DNA from: Dipteris shenzhenensis
Taxonomy: Eukaryota
Assembly (NCBI GenBank): GCA_047967505.1
Contig: CM106538.1
Strand: one strand, 5' to 3'
DNA length: 64,000 nt
Shown here piece by piece: positions 1 through 13,841 of this stretch. Under the pieces are notes generated by a model, which was not told the origin of the DNA, did not search any database, and saw only the letters and a program-made list of their open reading frames with translations. The translations under genes were made by a program, and so were the position numbers. Position 1 is the first letter of the stretch; every line of letters begins with the position of its first letter.

Positions 1-360
1 TGCACCATCTAGGTCAAGAAAATGTAGAATGAGGAAACAAAGTCATTCCAAAATGATTGTAGCTAACTTTTGTTTAGCTCCTATCTTGTATTTTACCTTT
101 TCAATTCTTGAAGCTCTTGCTAATGGGCTTTTTGGCAACGAGTAAACTCTGCCTTGGCTAGAGCGAGAAGTTTTTTGTTATTTACGGAAGGTAAACTGCA
201 TTGTTGCAACGTGCTTTATGTCAAAGATAGCAGTAACTAGTATTTAGCATCTGCTACATCCTTACAATTAATTGCATTTGGTTGCTTAGAAAAAACTATA
301 ATTACCGATAGATTGTCTTTGCAAGCCACACATCATCTGTTCCGTAATGATCAAGGTACA
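1..360 (-). pseudogene. Internal fragment of a diterpene synthase (CPS/KS-like) pseudogene; continues off the left edge and is cut at ~360
   Basis: Colinear and near-identical to 44907-45265, which lies inside the minus-strand TPS copy. Homology stops abruptly after ...GATCAAGGTACA. Confidence 0.9.
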
Positions 361-397
361 GTGCCACAAGGAACTTCTAGCTATTCACTATATAGGG

Positions 398-845
398 AAA
401 ACCTCACAAACTAGGAAAAAGGATGAAATTTCCTAGATATAACTAGGCATTTTGGTATGTATATCTAGGAAAACTCCTTCCCTAGATAAAGTGCATACCC
501 CTATCTAGGAAAAGAGGTTGTCATCTAGGAAATTGGATGAGTATGCTACATTTCTATATAGGAAATCGATACCTCTATCTAGGAAAAAGATAAAATGCAC
601 GCCTCTATCTAGGAAAAGAGGTTGTCATCTAGGAAATTAGATGAGTGTGTTACATTTCTATATAGGAAATCGATACCTCTATCTAGGAAAAAGATGTTTT
701 CACCTAGGAAATAAGACGTGTATGTTGCATTCCTATATAGGAAATAGTTAAGATATATACCTCTATCTAGGAAAGGGGTGGTCACCTAGGAAATTAGAAG
801 AGTGTGTTACATTATTCCTATATATATATATTATAAGGAAAAGTT
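398..845. repeat. Degenerate tandem/subterminal repeat array built on CTCTATCTAGGAAAA / CTAGGAAA
   Basis: Motif recurs more than 15 times. The ~100-bp blocks 500-590 and 603-692 are near-duplicates. Confidence 0.8.
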
Positions 846-3800
846 CTTTATTTATGTATAAGAGATTAATTAGACGACATGGCACATAAAAAAGCAAATG
901 TGAATTGGATTCTAAGAGATCAAGCTCTGTTGTACCTCTTCTCTAATCAAATGACTGGTTTCATGTACCTCTTATCTAATCAAATGACTAGTTTTTTCTA
1001 CTCAGTCAGGATTCTATCCCATGCTAGCATCTTTGTTTCACTAAGATCTATGGCAAGTGATGGTTCTTTATCTCATTAAACTATATCATGACATTGTTGA
1101 TTATGGAATCTATCCAAAGAAATGTGCTTGGTGACTCCTACTTTGCCATACTACCCAACCCCTCTTTACTTATGAACTAACATATTGTTCTTCTAAAGTT
1201 GAATTAAAATCCCCTCGTGTTCTTGTAATCCTGTTAAATTTTTCCCAATAGTGGAATTTTAAAATACCCTCCTTTTGAGTGCCAATGGTCTTTGAGGTGA
1301 CCCCCCCAAGATTTATCTAGTCGAAATCTTGTTCTCAAATGCTTTGGTTAACAACCTTGTTCTACTTCAATGTTAACCCATGCTTGCAGTGAGTACACCA
1401 ACAAAATTTTCCATCTTGCTACTTGTAGAAAAAGTTGTGTGGAAGTGAAAAAACTATGTGAACAAACTATAATATCTGCATATATGGAATTAAACATGTT
1501 AGTGCAACGTGTGGTGTACAAACAAATTTTAACACTTACATATGTAACATGCAATGCATGTAACATTATGTTGAATGCATGTGCACATAGCACGACACAC
1601 AATGCATCTTGCATACTGATTATATGCCAGCACACAACATATACATATTGTATGCATGTAATTCAATATGATGCATTATGTATCATGCATATTGATTGCA
1701 ATGAAAGCATGCAATATAATACATTTTACATGCATAAAAAAAGAAAGCATGCATGCAATATGTATCATATTACATTGCAACAAAAGACAACATGCGATCT
1801 ACAAATAAAAAACTGACAAAAGCCACCTCCCCCTTTGAGACAGTCCAGGAACCTATACTCCAAGCATGGTCCCATCTAGCTCTCATTCCTTATGACCATA
1901 GCTCCCAAGGCCAAGCCTTCTTGATAGGAGAGGGAAATTACCTCTCAAATCAAAATTAGTAAAGAGATATCAGAGGCATCCTTAAATTATTGTGGTGGGG
2001 TAATTTTATCATCGTTGGTATAATTACTATTACTGCCATTAAAGGCATAACACCACCGACAAATGATGTTTTATTAACAATAAAAGTCATGAAACCAAAA
2101 GTAGAGTCCTAGTAATGCTAGGAAAAATCGTGCCTAATTATACCAATTACGAAAAATCGAGGAGTTCAAGTCATTTTGAGATCGCCCAACATAGTAATTG
2201 AAGGGGAGATGCTTGTGAGCTAAATAAGGAACAATCAGCAAAAGTCCAAGAGCACGAGCTCAAAACAGACCCAACTACTTTGGATTCTTTTGAGCTGGAC
2301 GGTCTCTTGGAGAAGATAAAGCAGCAAAATCCTTTGAGTGATATGCAAGCTTGTTTGTATGCCCTAAAATAAGGTTACGTTCAACCATATATCATTGGAA
2401 CTTCTGCCAAAGCATATATAACAAGACTACAAGATTCACTTGGATTAAACATGCAATAAATCTTTGAGAATGGTAATTACTCATTTTGTTTGATGCATCA
2501 TTCTTGTAATTTCCTTTACTTCTCATTTTTGTCTAACTAATCAATAACTCATCATCCTTTTTCTTTTATGCACAGGGTTTGATGACTTGTCGGAAGAAGT
2601 GAACAATAAATTTATTCTTCAATTTGATCCTAGGGTGAATGGCTCTTGGGATCAAGATCTCCTAATACCAATTGATTTTGTATTCAAGCTTAATGGTGTT
2701 CAACTTGAAAACACAAATACATCTTTGAACATAAGATTTTTTCTATTAATGTCCTTCTAATTCAAGTTCAATTGGCCTTTGATTTTTGACATTTTTTTAA
2801 AAATGGGAATTGGGATTTTCCCAAAGTTACTAATACAGTGTTATGGTAGAATTCCACTTGGACAAATGGACCAACAACAGAAAGGTGGTGAGTGGTAATG
2901 GCTAAACACCTAGCTAAGACTCAAAAAACCAGTAGTGCTAGTAGACTTGTCAAACGATTCCTCCTTTACTTGGTGCAAAACTCAAGTAGGAGACAAACAT
3001 AGAAAGGATCAACTAGATAGGCTATAACTCTCCAAGACTATGGGAGATGAAAATCATAGATGGGAGGATTAACTGAATGTTCCTTTTTTTCTCTTATCAT
3101 CTTCTAATACACTTGATTTTGGATAGAGGTGGAGGGTACGTTAGAAGATCCTAGGTCTCAAATATGTCAAAGGTGCCGCGACTCTCCAAAGGACATTGCA
3201 CATTTGTCTATGAACTACATGTATAGGGAAAGGGCTCCCTAGTTTGGAGTAGAATCTTTCAAAGTAATGTTCTAATGGTGCCGCTAGGAGATCTTTCTCC
3301 AAGGTTTAAGGCAAATAGATGGAACTAAAAGCAATGTGATAAGGTTTATTTGGCTTCAAAGTACTCTATATGTTTTTTTCAAAATGCTATTAGATGCTAT
3401 GCATCGTGCGACTCATCATGCAATGGATGTTGTCTTTAAGAAAGAAATTAGGACATTCAAGACGTTGAATACCATCTGAAAAAGATCATGGAGGGGTTGA
3501 ATAGAGATGCCTCTTTAGCTAAATAGCTCATCAATATTCCCAAGGTTGTTTGTAGTTTATTAGGTGATGGAATAGAAAAGATGGATACTTGAATATACTG
3601 GCACATATTAGGAGTTCTTAAAAATGGTAGCAAGTGAGGATGCAATAGACAATAGTGTTCATGAAGACTCACCATTACCACCCAATACATGGCAATTTTA
3701 CTTATTCATAAGTAGCATTTATCAACTATACAATTGGATATTTTTTAAGTGTTGTAACATGAAAGAAGGCTTAGTACAGCTTGCAATATCAATCCATGAA

Positions 3801-4207
3801 GATCGGCCATTATGATCCAATGCATGTCCAATACAAGGATTTGGAGGAGGCCACATGCTATTGACATGTGTTTAAGTGGGGATGTCCATCCCATTAGCAT
3901 ATCTACTCTTGGGGAGACCCTGTATGTATTAGCCTCTTCACCCCCCCATAGTCATCTCCCCCTCTCCAGACTTTTTGGGAGACTGTGGAGCTTCGATGGG
4001 GCAGCTATGGGACGGGTGCTAGGGATCTCATATCCAGCTCACATCCTAAGCACCATGTGGTGCATTATGTGCTAACAACACCAGCCACATTGCATTAGCG
4101 ATATTAGGAATCCCATACCTGGCTCACTCTCGGGTGCCATGTGGTGCATTCTGCGCTAACAACACCCACCACATTGCATTAGCGGCATTAAGGTGTGAGA
4201 AGTTATA

Positions 4208-4445
4208 GACGTGAAGGAGTCTAAGAATGAATTCTTTCCTAAAGAGCTCTTGTACCTTGGGCATAAGATTTCTAGTGAAGTCATCAACATTGATCATGAG
4301 AGGATTCAAAAGGTATTGGATTGGCACGTTCCTCAGAGAATAAGGCAACTGCGTGCATCTTTAGGATTTCATAGTCTTCCTTCAGAAGTCTTTGAGGCAT
4401 TCTTCAAAGCTAACTATTCTTTTGACAAACCTCCTTAAGGGATGT
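4208..4445 (+). pseudogene. Ty3/Gypsy retrotransposon RT-end/RNaseH-linker fragment
   Basis: ELLYLGHKISSEVINIDHERIQKVLDWHVPQRIRQLRASLG matches the Gypsy pattern 'FLGH-IS..GI..DP.KI..V..WP.P.....LR.FLG'. Confidence 0.8.
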
Positions 4446-7303
4446 GGACTTTGGTCCAACAATCCTATGGTTAAGAAAAAGGGGATGCCTAATTAACTCC
4501 TCTTTGGTGGATAAGACTACTCATATAAGATCCACATGAAATTTCTCCCAAATGTAGACGAGTCTCTTCTTCATCAAAGAATCGGGATGGTGATGATGGT
4601 CAATCAAGAAAATCTAGCTAACACTCCCCAATCACTGCCTAGCTGCTCGTGGTGTGCACAAGAGATACCATAAACAAGAGTCTTTTCCATGGTTGGACCC
4701 TTAGGGTCAAGCCTCTAACAAGAAGCTTAACTAGGAGTGCCTTTCTTTGAAGATATGGATCAAGATTCCACAGTCCACCATATATATATCATGAAGTAAG
4801 AGTGACAGTGTCCTAATATACTCTAGCTCTAGTACCCACGAAGCCATCCCTCAACTCCATCGAAAATTCTTGAGCAGCCTCTTCACTAGTCTAATTCTAT
4901 ATGCATGGAAACATCAAGAAGAGACCACGTACCACATGGTATCTAGGACTACGCAGTTGAGCATTAGGTATGTGAGGCAATACATTTAAGTCGTACAATA
5001 TAACAAATTATAGACTTAAAAACATGGCAAGGAGAATTAAATGCTAAAAAACTTATATTGGGCATTAACTTATGGTGGATGAGAGGAATAAAATATTCAC
5101 CCCTCATGGACCTCATTAGTTTTGGACTTTTTTCTCTTCTTTGTCATAGCTGAAAAATCCATATCAATCAAAAAGTGAATTTAAAGGCTTAAATAGTTCA
5201 TGTGTTAAATAAAAACCAAGTAATATCTTCAACCTTTTGAATGTTCAATTTTGAACATTCATAATGTAAGTTTGTGAAATTTTCAACATTAAGCATATAT
5301 CTCACAACTTAGAACACTCAGAATGTAAGTTTGTTACATTTTCAACACCGTGCATGTATACGACTGTAGAAATACTGTGCAAATTTTAAGATGTGCATCG
5401 AACACTAGATGTGTGGTAGCGAAGGTGAAATGTCCTAAATTCACATGTGCATCATGCCTATGTGAAGGACACAGGATGTGAGGCCATGAAGATGGAATGT
5501 CTCAAATTTGCATGTGCATCCTACATTCATGTATATGGAACATTCATGAATATGGATATGTACAACCATCAGATTGGTACCCAAATTTCCAATGGTATAC
5601 GATTGAATGATTTTCATGTCCTTGCAAAGTTCCATGTGCATCAAAAATATGATGTTTGCATGTGCATCCTGCAAACATGTAAAGGATAAATGCATAAAGG
5701 TGAGCAACACTAATATGCACAACTTTCCGAGTGGTATGATCAAACTTTGCATGGTCTTAAGTGAAATGGTTTCCATGTGCATTAGACACTGAATGCATGG
5801 CTAGGAAGACACAATATCCCAAATTTGCATGTGCATTCTGTTATGTGAAAAAAAATATGTAACAATCATAAACAATGATAGCTCCAATCATTCCCCAATC
5901 ATCAGATTGGTAAAAAATTTTGCCAGGGTCTTAAATTGAGTGGTTTACATATCCCTAGAAAGTTCCTATATAATGAAGAATAATCATAAATCTTATTGAA
6001 TAATTTGACAATAAACCATACATATGGTATTACGAATACCACTTATGTAATTTAGTCTTTTGATATATGTAAACTAAAAACATGAACTATACGGCTACAT
6101 TCTAAATTTGAACTTAGTTGCTAATCCACATGGGCTCTTCCAGCATTCAAGACTTGACATGGTAAGCTTGGAGAATGCCCATCTACAAGCATCAGGGACC
6201 GTAGGAAACTATGACTATGGTTTGGATAAAAACGGAATCGTTGCAATGGAGCATGGAAGGTGCAAAGATAGAAGCATGGAAGGTGCAAGCATGGAGCATG
6301 GAAGGTGCAACGCCCAAAAATTTGAGAGGGAAGAGGCAAGTGGGAAGCGGGAAAATAGGGGAAAAAATATTCCCCCCAATCTCTGACTCCCAAACGGTCT
6401 TGTGACTGGTGACATCCACTCATGTTCATTCTATCCCCTACCTGCTCACGAGTCGAGGCTCCCGTCCCTATCCCTTACCTCTTCATTCTATATTGTACCT
6501 TCCCCTTCCTAAGCTGCCTTACCTCTTCCTAAGGTCCTCGATCAAAGGAGTACATCAAAGATCTGTACTTCCCCTGCAATATCCGGCTCCTTCGACATTC
6601 TGATCTCCTCGGATTTACGCAAGCAGGCCGGCCAGCTCCGGCTGCAATATACGCTCAGCCTATTACGACGTCACTGCTGTACTCGATCTCTCCTTGAATC
6701 TGTGCACCGCCTCTTGCACATATATTTGCTTCTGTCGACTACTCGAGATATACACACTCGATTAATTGGAGGATTCAAAGGTACGTTAGCAGCTGGTATA
6801 TATTGTCTACACTTGCATTTGGCGTATATATGTCCGTCCGGTAGTCGTTAATCATCCGGTATATGGCGATACAGCTGCGCATGCAAATCGATTTTTTGGG
6901 CTTGAAAGAGAAGCTACAGCCTATAACAAGCACCACTCTACAACGTCGACGTACGCATTGCTTGCCAAGAACGTCGACTCAGTCGTCGCGCGAGCTCCAA
7001 GATTCTCCAGCAGCCTCCAGCAGGGGATTAATATGCTGCACTGATTTATCGCCAGCAGCAAAGGAGCATGACTTGAGTCGCTATAACGTCTTGTTGAGCC
7101 AGATTTTTCGTCAGCAATAGATCATTCCTAGCCTCCACGCGCGTCACTGTTGCAAGGATTTTCGAGGTACGTATATATTTGCATTAATGCCTTCCCTCTT
7201 GCCGCCTCTGCAGCTCTCTTCCCTCTCCTTCTTCATCTCCCCGCTTATGTAAGTGTTTGTTCTCTAGGGTGTTTTATTTATGATTTCATGTGCCTTATTC
7301 TAG

Positions 7304-10300
7304 ATGGCAACAGATGATAGCCTACGGAGATGTAGATGCAATTATAGGTGTAGGCATTCGCCTCTTGGCTATCAAGATGTGAGCCGGAGGACGTATTATG
7401 TGCATTTGCAACAAGACTCCATTGGAAACTTACACGCATCAATTTTGAGAAATGTGAATGAGGAGAACTCTATTGGCAATGATACTGTAGTAAATGAAGA
7501 ACTCATTGAATCATCTAATCAACGGAGGCGGGTATGGTGTAGATGTGAAACTTATTGCCATGGTGGCCGCTTGGTCGCTCCATCAACTTATGCAAGGCAT
7601 ATGCAAGTTGATGAGCGATTTGAAACTATTGCAGAGAATCTTGGTTTGAATGCTCCACACTCCAGCTCTTGTGGACCTGAAGAAGAGGAGAACAATGAGC
7701 CTATGCATCAGATGGAAGGGAACGATGAATTTACTGATATGCATGAAGGCACTAGGTTGGATGATGAAGAGGATAACATGGATGCTTTAGGAGAGGATAG
7801 CTATTTATCTCTCGCTGATAAAATCATACAAAGATTGATTGAGTTGCAAGCTCTTTGGGATGGACATCAAGCTTCAGTGGAGTTTCAAGATGGTATGCTT
7901 AAAATTCTATTTGGAGATATGGGTGGTCCTAGGTCTACAACACATGAAGGCGCAAAAAGATCAAGTTTGAGTAAACTATTGGTCCAACTTCCAGAAACAT
8001 GGGATGGAAGTCTAAATGGAATAACTGTTCCCACATGTTGGGAGCAATTAACTACTATGTTGACAAGGCTTGGAATGGTTGAATCAAAGAGATATAGAAT
8101 ATGTCAAGGAAAAGAGGATTCCATACATGCTCCAATACTCTATCTACCAAGCAAAGAGGATGTTTATAGTGGTAACACTGTTGAATGCCAATGCAATAGA
8201 AATGTCACTAGAAAGAGAAAATTAAAGCGCGATTGTTTAACATGTTGTGAGAAGTGTGAGAAATGTGCAGTGCCTAGAAAGGAAATGCTATGTTTTGACT
8301 ACATTTCGATCGGTGAACAACTGAAACTACTTACTAAAAGTAGATCTTTATGCCACGAATTATTGGAAATGTGGCGAAATAAAGACAAATGGTTGGTATC
8401 GAACAATTCTAATGAAAATATGAGAATTGATGAGTTCTGGGATGGCAGTAAATGTACAAGTGTTAAAGAGTTTTGGGATCCAGAATCGGAGTTTGAGTTG
8501 CCATTGCTATGTGAGAAGGAGCATTGCAAACAAGCTTATACAGCATGGCCATCTTCACTTAAATCGGAAGCACTTTTGAAGGGTTGGAAAGAACGTGAGA
8601 AAATTTACAAATTTGTTTGCAAGCTTGTCGGGCTTTGATACAAGGTCCACAAAGACTCTGTAAAGTAAATTTTTTACATATACTATATATGGTCTCTAAT
8701 TAATTTATGTTTGAGAATTCCATGTAATGTTGTACTCTAAATGTGTCTTTCTTTACATATACAGGGAGATCCACGCAATTTTGCTCTCTTATTGCACTGG
8801 GATGGGTTCCAGACATCAAGAACAACACAGAAGAATTGTGGCGTCGTCGAGATAAAGGTTCTCAATTGTGGAAAGAAGTCCATAATTGGAGCAATACCAG
8901 TCTTGTTCATTCCATTTAGTTGCAAAAAAATTATAGGAAGCTCAAGCAAACTCTTTCATGTTTTTATGAAACCTTTGATAGATGAATTATAAAGTTTGTT
9001 CATAGATGGAATTGATATAGATTTCAATTATCCAATGCCTTTAATTTTTGGGCGTGATAGCTCTTTTTCCCAAACCTTCAAAGCACGTGCTATGCTTATG
9101 ATGGTGACTGGTGACCATCCAGCTCAATGTAAGATTGGAGCTTTTAAAGATGGTGGCCAAGCTTTTTGTCGTAGAGACAAACCTATAGCTACTTTAGAAT
9201 GTGAAGGATCGAGTCGATACCTTTATGACCAAAATAGATTCCAATTCAGATATGCCCCAGCCAAGAGGTCCACAAAAGATATGTTGAGAGACTTGCTTCT
9301 TGCAGAGCGAGCAAGCACTCAAACGCAACGTGAAGACATTCTCAAAGAGGCTGGTCTTTCAGGTAGATCATGTCTATGGAGATTATATGATCTTTATGGG
9401 TTCGATTTATCTCTTGATCTTGTGTACGATTGTATGCACATACTAGCATTGAATATGTTTTCAAAGTACATGAGCTCTTTAATGAGAGAGATCGATAATA
9501 GAGTGAAGAAAGAAATCGATGAAGCAACTCATAGAATGACATTGGCCACACCTTATTCCATCCGATATGGTCGATGGCCAAGGTTTCCTAGCAAGTATTT
9601 TGAGAGTTACAAGGCAGAGGAAACACAAAAGTTCGTACAATGGTGTCTTCCTTATGTCCTGAGTGAAGTCCAAGGTATTCCTAAGAAATTCTATGATTTG
9701 GGTCTCTTGATCATAGATATTGCTCATGCCTTTTATAACTATACTAGAAGTAATGGCTGGTCTCAAGAAGACATAAACACTCTGAGGGTATTGCTTGCTT
9801 CTTGGAGAGTAAGATAAGAAGAGTGGATTGGAAGAAACTCAGCTCCATTAGAGCATGTTGCAGGTTTCGGAGAATTTCTTGATGATATTTTGCGACATGG
9901 CAGCCACGATGGGTTTTGGTGCTACATATATGAGCGTATGGTCTCAACATATGCTAGCATCAAAACAAACAATAAGGACAATGAGATTTCATATGCAAAC
10001 TATCATCGAAGGAAATTTTTCACATGGGTCTTTCTACATATTCAAGAAGATGCTGATAGGTTGTTTCCTCATCAAAGGATGTTGAAAGAGTTTCATGGAG
10101 TTCTTTCAGTCCCAGATGGATATTTAGTGGATAAACATGGATGTTATGACTGTCCTCAATGGCATTCATTAGGATTGATACATGTATCATCCATTGAAAA
10201 AGAGAAACATTTATGGAGTTTAGCGACATTGCATGCGAAAGACTATCCTTGCCAAAGAGTCATTGGCCAAAAGGGTATTGTAATAGCAAGAAAGAAGCCA

Positions 10301-11092
10301 AAAGTTAGATACGCAACAAGTGAGGAAAGAAGGTATGTAGAGCAAAATCTTCAATTCGGGATTGAGAGAGTAACAGAATACAAGAAAATTATGTTCAAGG
10401 GTGAGGTTTATAATATTGAAGATAAGGTTATCATAAAGTCTGAAGAGGATGGAACATTAGTCTCTAGTGTGGGACACTGGAAAGCGTGTATAGCATCGTT
10501 TTTTTCCTTTCAGCATAATGGTGCCATGCAACTATTCTTTGGAGCACACTACTATAGGCAACACATTGTTGTTGAAAGAGGAGAAGAAAGATTAGATGTT
10601 GATGGCACCACTGGCATGAGTGTCCTACAAAATGCAAATTTGCCATACACCTGGAATTGTATAAGGCCAATTACTTCTTTATTGCATAAGTTTATTCCTC
10701 TACAGCATGGAGGTGGTATCATTGCATATGAGACAAAAGATTTAGGATTGAGAACACGTTTAATCCAGCCTGGTTGCATTGGATGTATTCCTCCTTGGCT
10801 AGAGGAGAATGATATTGTTTTATTGAAGTCTGATCTTGATACAATATGCTCACCAAATGATCTCAAGTATGCCATTGTCAGAGATGTGGATCACATGCTA
10901 AATCAAGTTAAAGTAGCATGGCTAAAGCTGGTTCACCCTGAGGAAAAGAGATGGAAGGTCTCGATGGAAGACAACGAATGGAAGGATTGGTGGTTTTGTG
11001 TGTCTGTCGATGAGACGTGGAATGTTATCAAGACAAAGAACATGGTAGTTCAGGGCAAAGCTAAGATAGTTCCTATCATGTGGCAATCTTAG
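7304..11092 (+). pseudogene. Divergent CMC (EnSpm/CACTA-related, Tnp2-like) DDE transposase, recently pseudogenised
   Basis: N-terminal Cys/His motifs (CRCNYRC, WCRCETYC...H). Catalytic-core motifs HWDGF, TGDHPA, YDCMH and WCYIYER. GT-AG intron at 8665-8764. 1-bp frameshift at ~8621. In-frame stops at ~8990 and ~9815; the ORFs at 8741, 8996 and 9890 share one frame. Confidence 0.85.
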
Positions 11093-11249
11093 GCATGTAG
11101 CTAGGATACATGAAGTTAACATCATTCAAGGAATGCGAAAACAGATTTGGTACGTATTTGTATTTGATTTCCTTTTACATCTATTTCTATTTTGTGTGTT
11201 TTTATTTGATACTAACAATAACTATACTTTTTTATGCTTATGTTGTCAT

Positions 11250-13841
11250 GCAGGATCAAGATGGCTAGCAACAACATGGACATGGCGGCGCTACTAAAGA
11301 AAATGATGAGTGAAGATGCAAGTTTCCTTGGACTCATGGATTCCATGGTTAGTTCAATTAAAGGTATGTCATTTTTTGTTGGATTTATGTTATGCATTTT
11401 GAGAAAGAAGGGGTTGAACATGTATGTTATGCATGTATGTTATGCTAATTTTGTAAGCATGTATGTTATGCATTTGGAGAAAAAAGGTGGCTGACTGTAA
11501 GCGTGTATGTTATGCATTTGTAAGCATGTATGTTATGCTTTTGGATGTAAGGGAGGGGGCTGACTTTATGCACTTGGATTTAAGAGAGAAGGCTGAATTT
11601 ACGCATTTGGATTTAAGGGAGAAGGCTGAATTTTTAGGTGAAGAGAACTGTTTTATGAATTTATGGGCTGTATTCATTGCATTTAGAGAAAGAAGGGGCT
11701 GATTTGTAAGCATGTATGTTATGCACTTGGAGAATCTAGGTAGCTGAATATATGGCATGTATGTTTTTTATATAGGGAAAATGCCTATGGGAGATGCATC
11801 AAAGGATGTGTCCTTCAAAGAGAACAAGGAGCGTCTCTCTTTGCAAGATAAATCTCAAGTTTCTGTTCCTCCGATCTCAGGGGCAAGTTTTACACCTACA
11901 TATGATGAGGTGTTTAAACCACCCAAAATGAATAGTAGGGATAAGAACAAGCTATATGGGAAAGAGCTCCTAGAAAAGTGCTTCAAAGACCAGCATTCTC
12001 TATTGTTAGAAAACTACCGTCGTGTACGAAGGTGGTTCGAGGGAATAGAGGTTGTTATAGATCTACGGCATAAAAAGGAAGAACAACAGCATATTAAAGG
12101 CATCATCCATGAGCGTCATCATGAGATAGTGCCTCTAAAGTTTAGTGGAGTTGAATATAGCTGGAGAGAGGAAGATATATATAGGTGGTGGATCTCCTCA
12201 AAGCAGTCTAGCAGGAAATACTCGAAGAAGAGGACCCTTGTAAATAATGTGAGTTGGCTTTTGAATTATGTGATATTTTATAAAACTATATATTTGTAAT
12301 ATAGATATGATCTAGTCAGTGTATTCTATTGTGTTTCAAAGGACGAAATGAGCAAAGTTCAGAGAAATCTGGAGCATGATGCAACTAGTCCTTGTATTGA
12401 CAAGTCTTCGCAAAATTCAATTTCAAAGAAGGTATGTTCAATACATTTAATGGTTCTCTAGCATGAAGTAAAAATTTTGTATTTATTTGCATAATTTGTG
12501 CCACTTCTTACTTGGATCATTTAACTCTTTAGCAGTCTATTGGAGATTCTATTTCCATTAGAGGGGAATTTCATGAACAAGGATATTCAATGTCTCAGGT
12601 TGTTGATGCATTTGAAAGATATGTTTTTCCAAGAAATAATAAGAATATCGTATACCAATTGAACTAAGTTCTCATTCCTTTGGATTTTAAAGTGATATAT
12701 AAGAGTTTAATAAAATTTTGTATGTCTATTTGAAACTTTTTAGAGATATATGGAGCCTCAAGCAACTACTCCTTGTATTGACGAGTCTCCACGTAATACA
12801 ATTTCAGAGAAGGTATGTTCAATACATTTAATGGTTCTCTAGCATGAAGTAAAAATTTTGTATTTATTTGCATAATTTGTGCCACTTCCTACTTGGATTA
12901 TTTAACTCTTTAGCAGTCTATTGGAGATTCTATTTCTATTAGAGGGGAATTTCATGAACAAGGATATTCAATATCTCAGGTTGTTGATGCATTTGAAAGA
13001 TATGTTTTTCCAAGAAAAAATAAGAATATCGTATACCAATTGAACTAAGTTCTCATTCTTTTGGATTTTAAAGTGATATATAAGAGTTTAATAACATTTT
13101 GTATGTCTATTTAAAACTTTTTAGAGATATATGGAGCCTCAAGCAACTACTCCTTGTATTGATGAGTTTCCACGTAATCCAATTTCACAGAAGGTATGTT
13201 TATATTAATACCTTGAATGGTTCTCTACTTTTAGTAAAAAATTATACTTTTTCGTGTAATTTATGTGACATCTTACTTGGATTATTCAATTCATTGGCAG
13301 TCTATTGGAAATTCAGTTTCTATTGGAGGAGAATTTTATGGACAAGGATGTCCAACATCTGAGGTTGTTGAAGCATTTCCAATAAAAGATATGTTTTTAC
13401 TTTTATAAAGAATATAAAATGTTTTCTTTAATAAAATCATATGTTCTTTTGTGTAGATAGATAAGTTCATGGCGAAGAGATTCGAAGAGTTTGAGTATTA
13501 TCACTCTGATCAGGTGTGTAAGTTTCAATCATGAGTTTTCTTCTATTATGAAGAAGTATTATTAACCATTCAGTTATTCACAATTCATCTATCTTAAATA
13601 TTTTATATCAGGATTCTTATGGTGAAGTGAATGCTGATATGAATGAGATGACATTTTCTAAGATGCTTCATGGTGGCATCACTACAAATGAAGATAAGGT
13701 ATGAATTGCCTTTATCTTTTAGATATGCGTATGATTGAAGCTATTTTCTTTGATTCAATTGTGATCAACATCTTCTTTTTAGACAAGTTTTAATTTAATT
13801 TTGTCATATTTTTAGGATCCAATATCGAATGTGATTGATTC
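11250..13841 (+). pseudogene. Second, multi-exon ORF of the CMC element (TnpA-like position, unknown function), truncated at 13841
   Basis: Coding-looking exons (e.g. ~11776-12250) separated by AT-rich GT-AG introns, directly downstream of the transposase on the same strand. Confidence 0.5.
12370..13400 (+). repeat. ~380-bp exon+intron unit tandemly repeated ~2.7 times
   Basis: GCAACTA(G/C)TCCTTGTATTGA recurs at ~12382, 12762 and 13143 with colinear downstream sequence. Confidence 0.85.

Larger units (their letters stand above)
359..13841 (+). mobile_element. Probable CMC/EnSpm-type DNA transposon with left end at ~359, right end deleted and nested TE debris inside
   Basis: Starts CAGTGCCACAAG (CACTG-like terminus, 1 mismatch) exactly where TPS homology breaks, followed by a subterminal repeat array. 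Contains a CMC-type transposase (7304-11092) and a second spliced ORF. Linking the 359 end to this transposase is inference. Confidence 0.5.

Noticed and set aside
1348-1816. Cys/His-rich ORFs
   Set aside because: ATGCAT-rich low-complexity sequence with no recognisable domain.
3450-3860. Possible hAT (DUF659-like) transposase relic on the minus strand
   Set aside because: Only faint frameshifted resemblance (IMAD/SWID, HPHL..RTP); too degenerate to call without a search.
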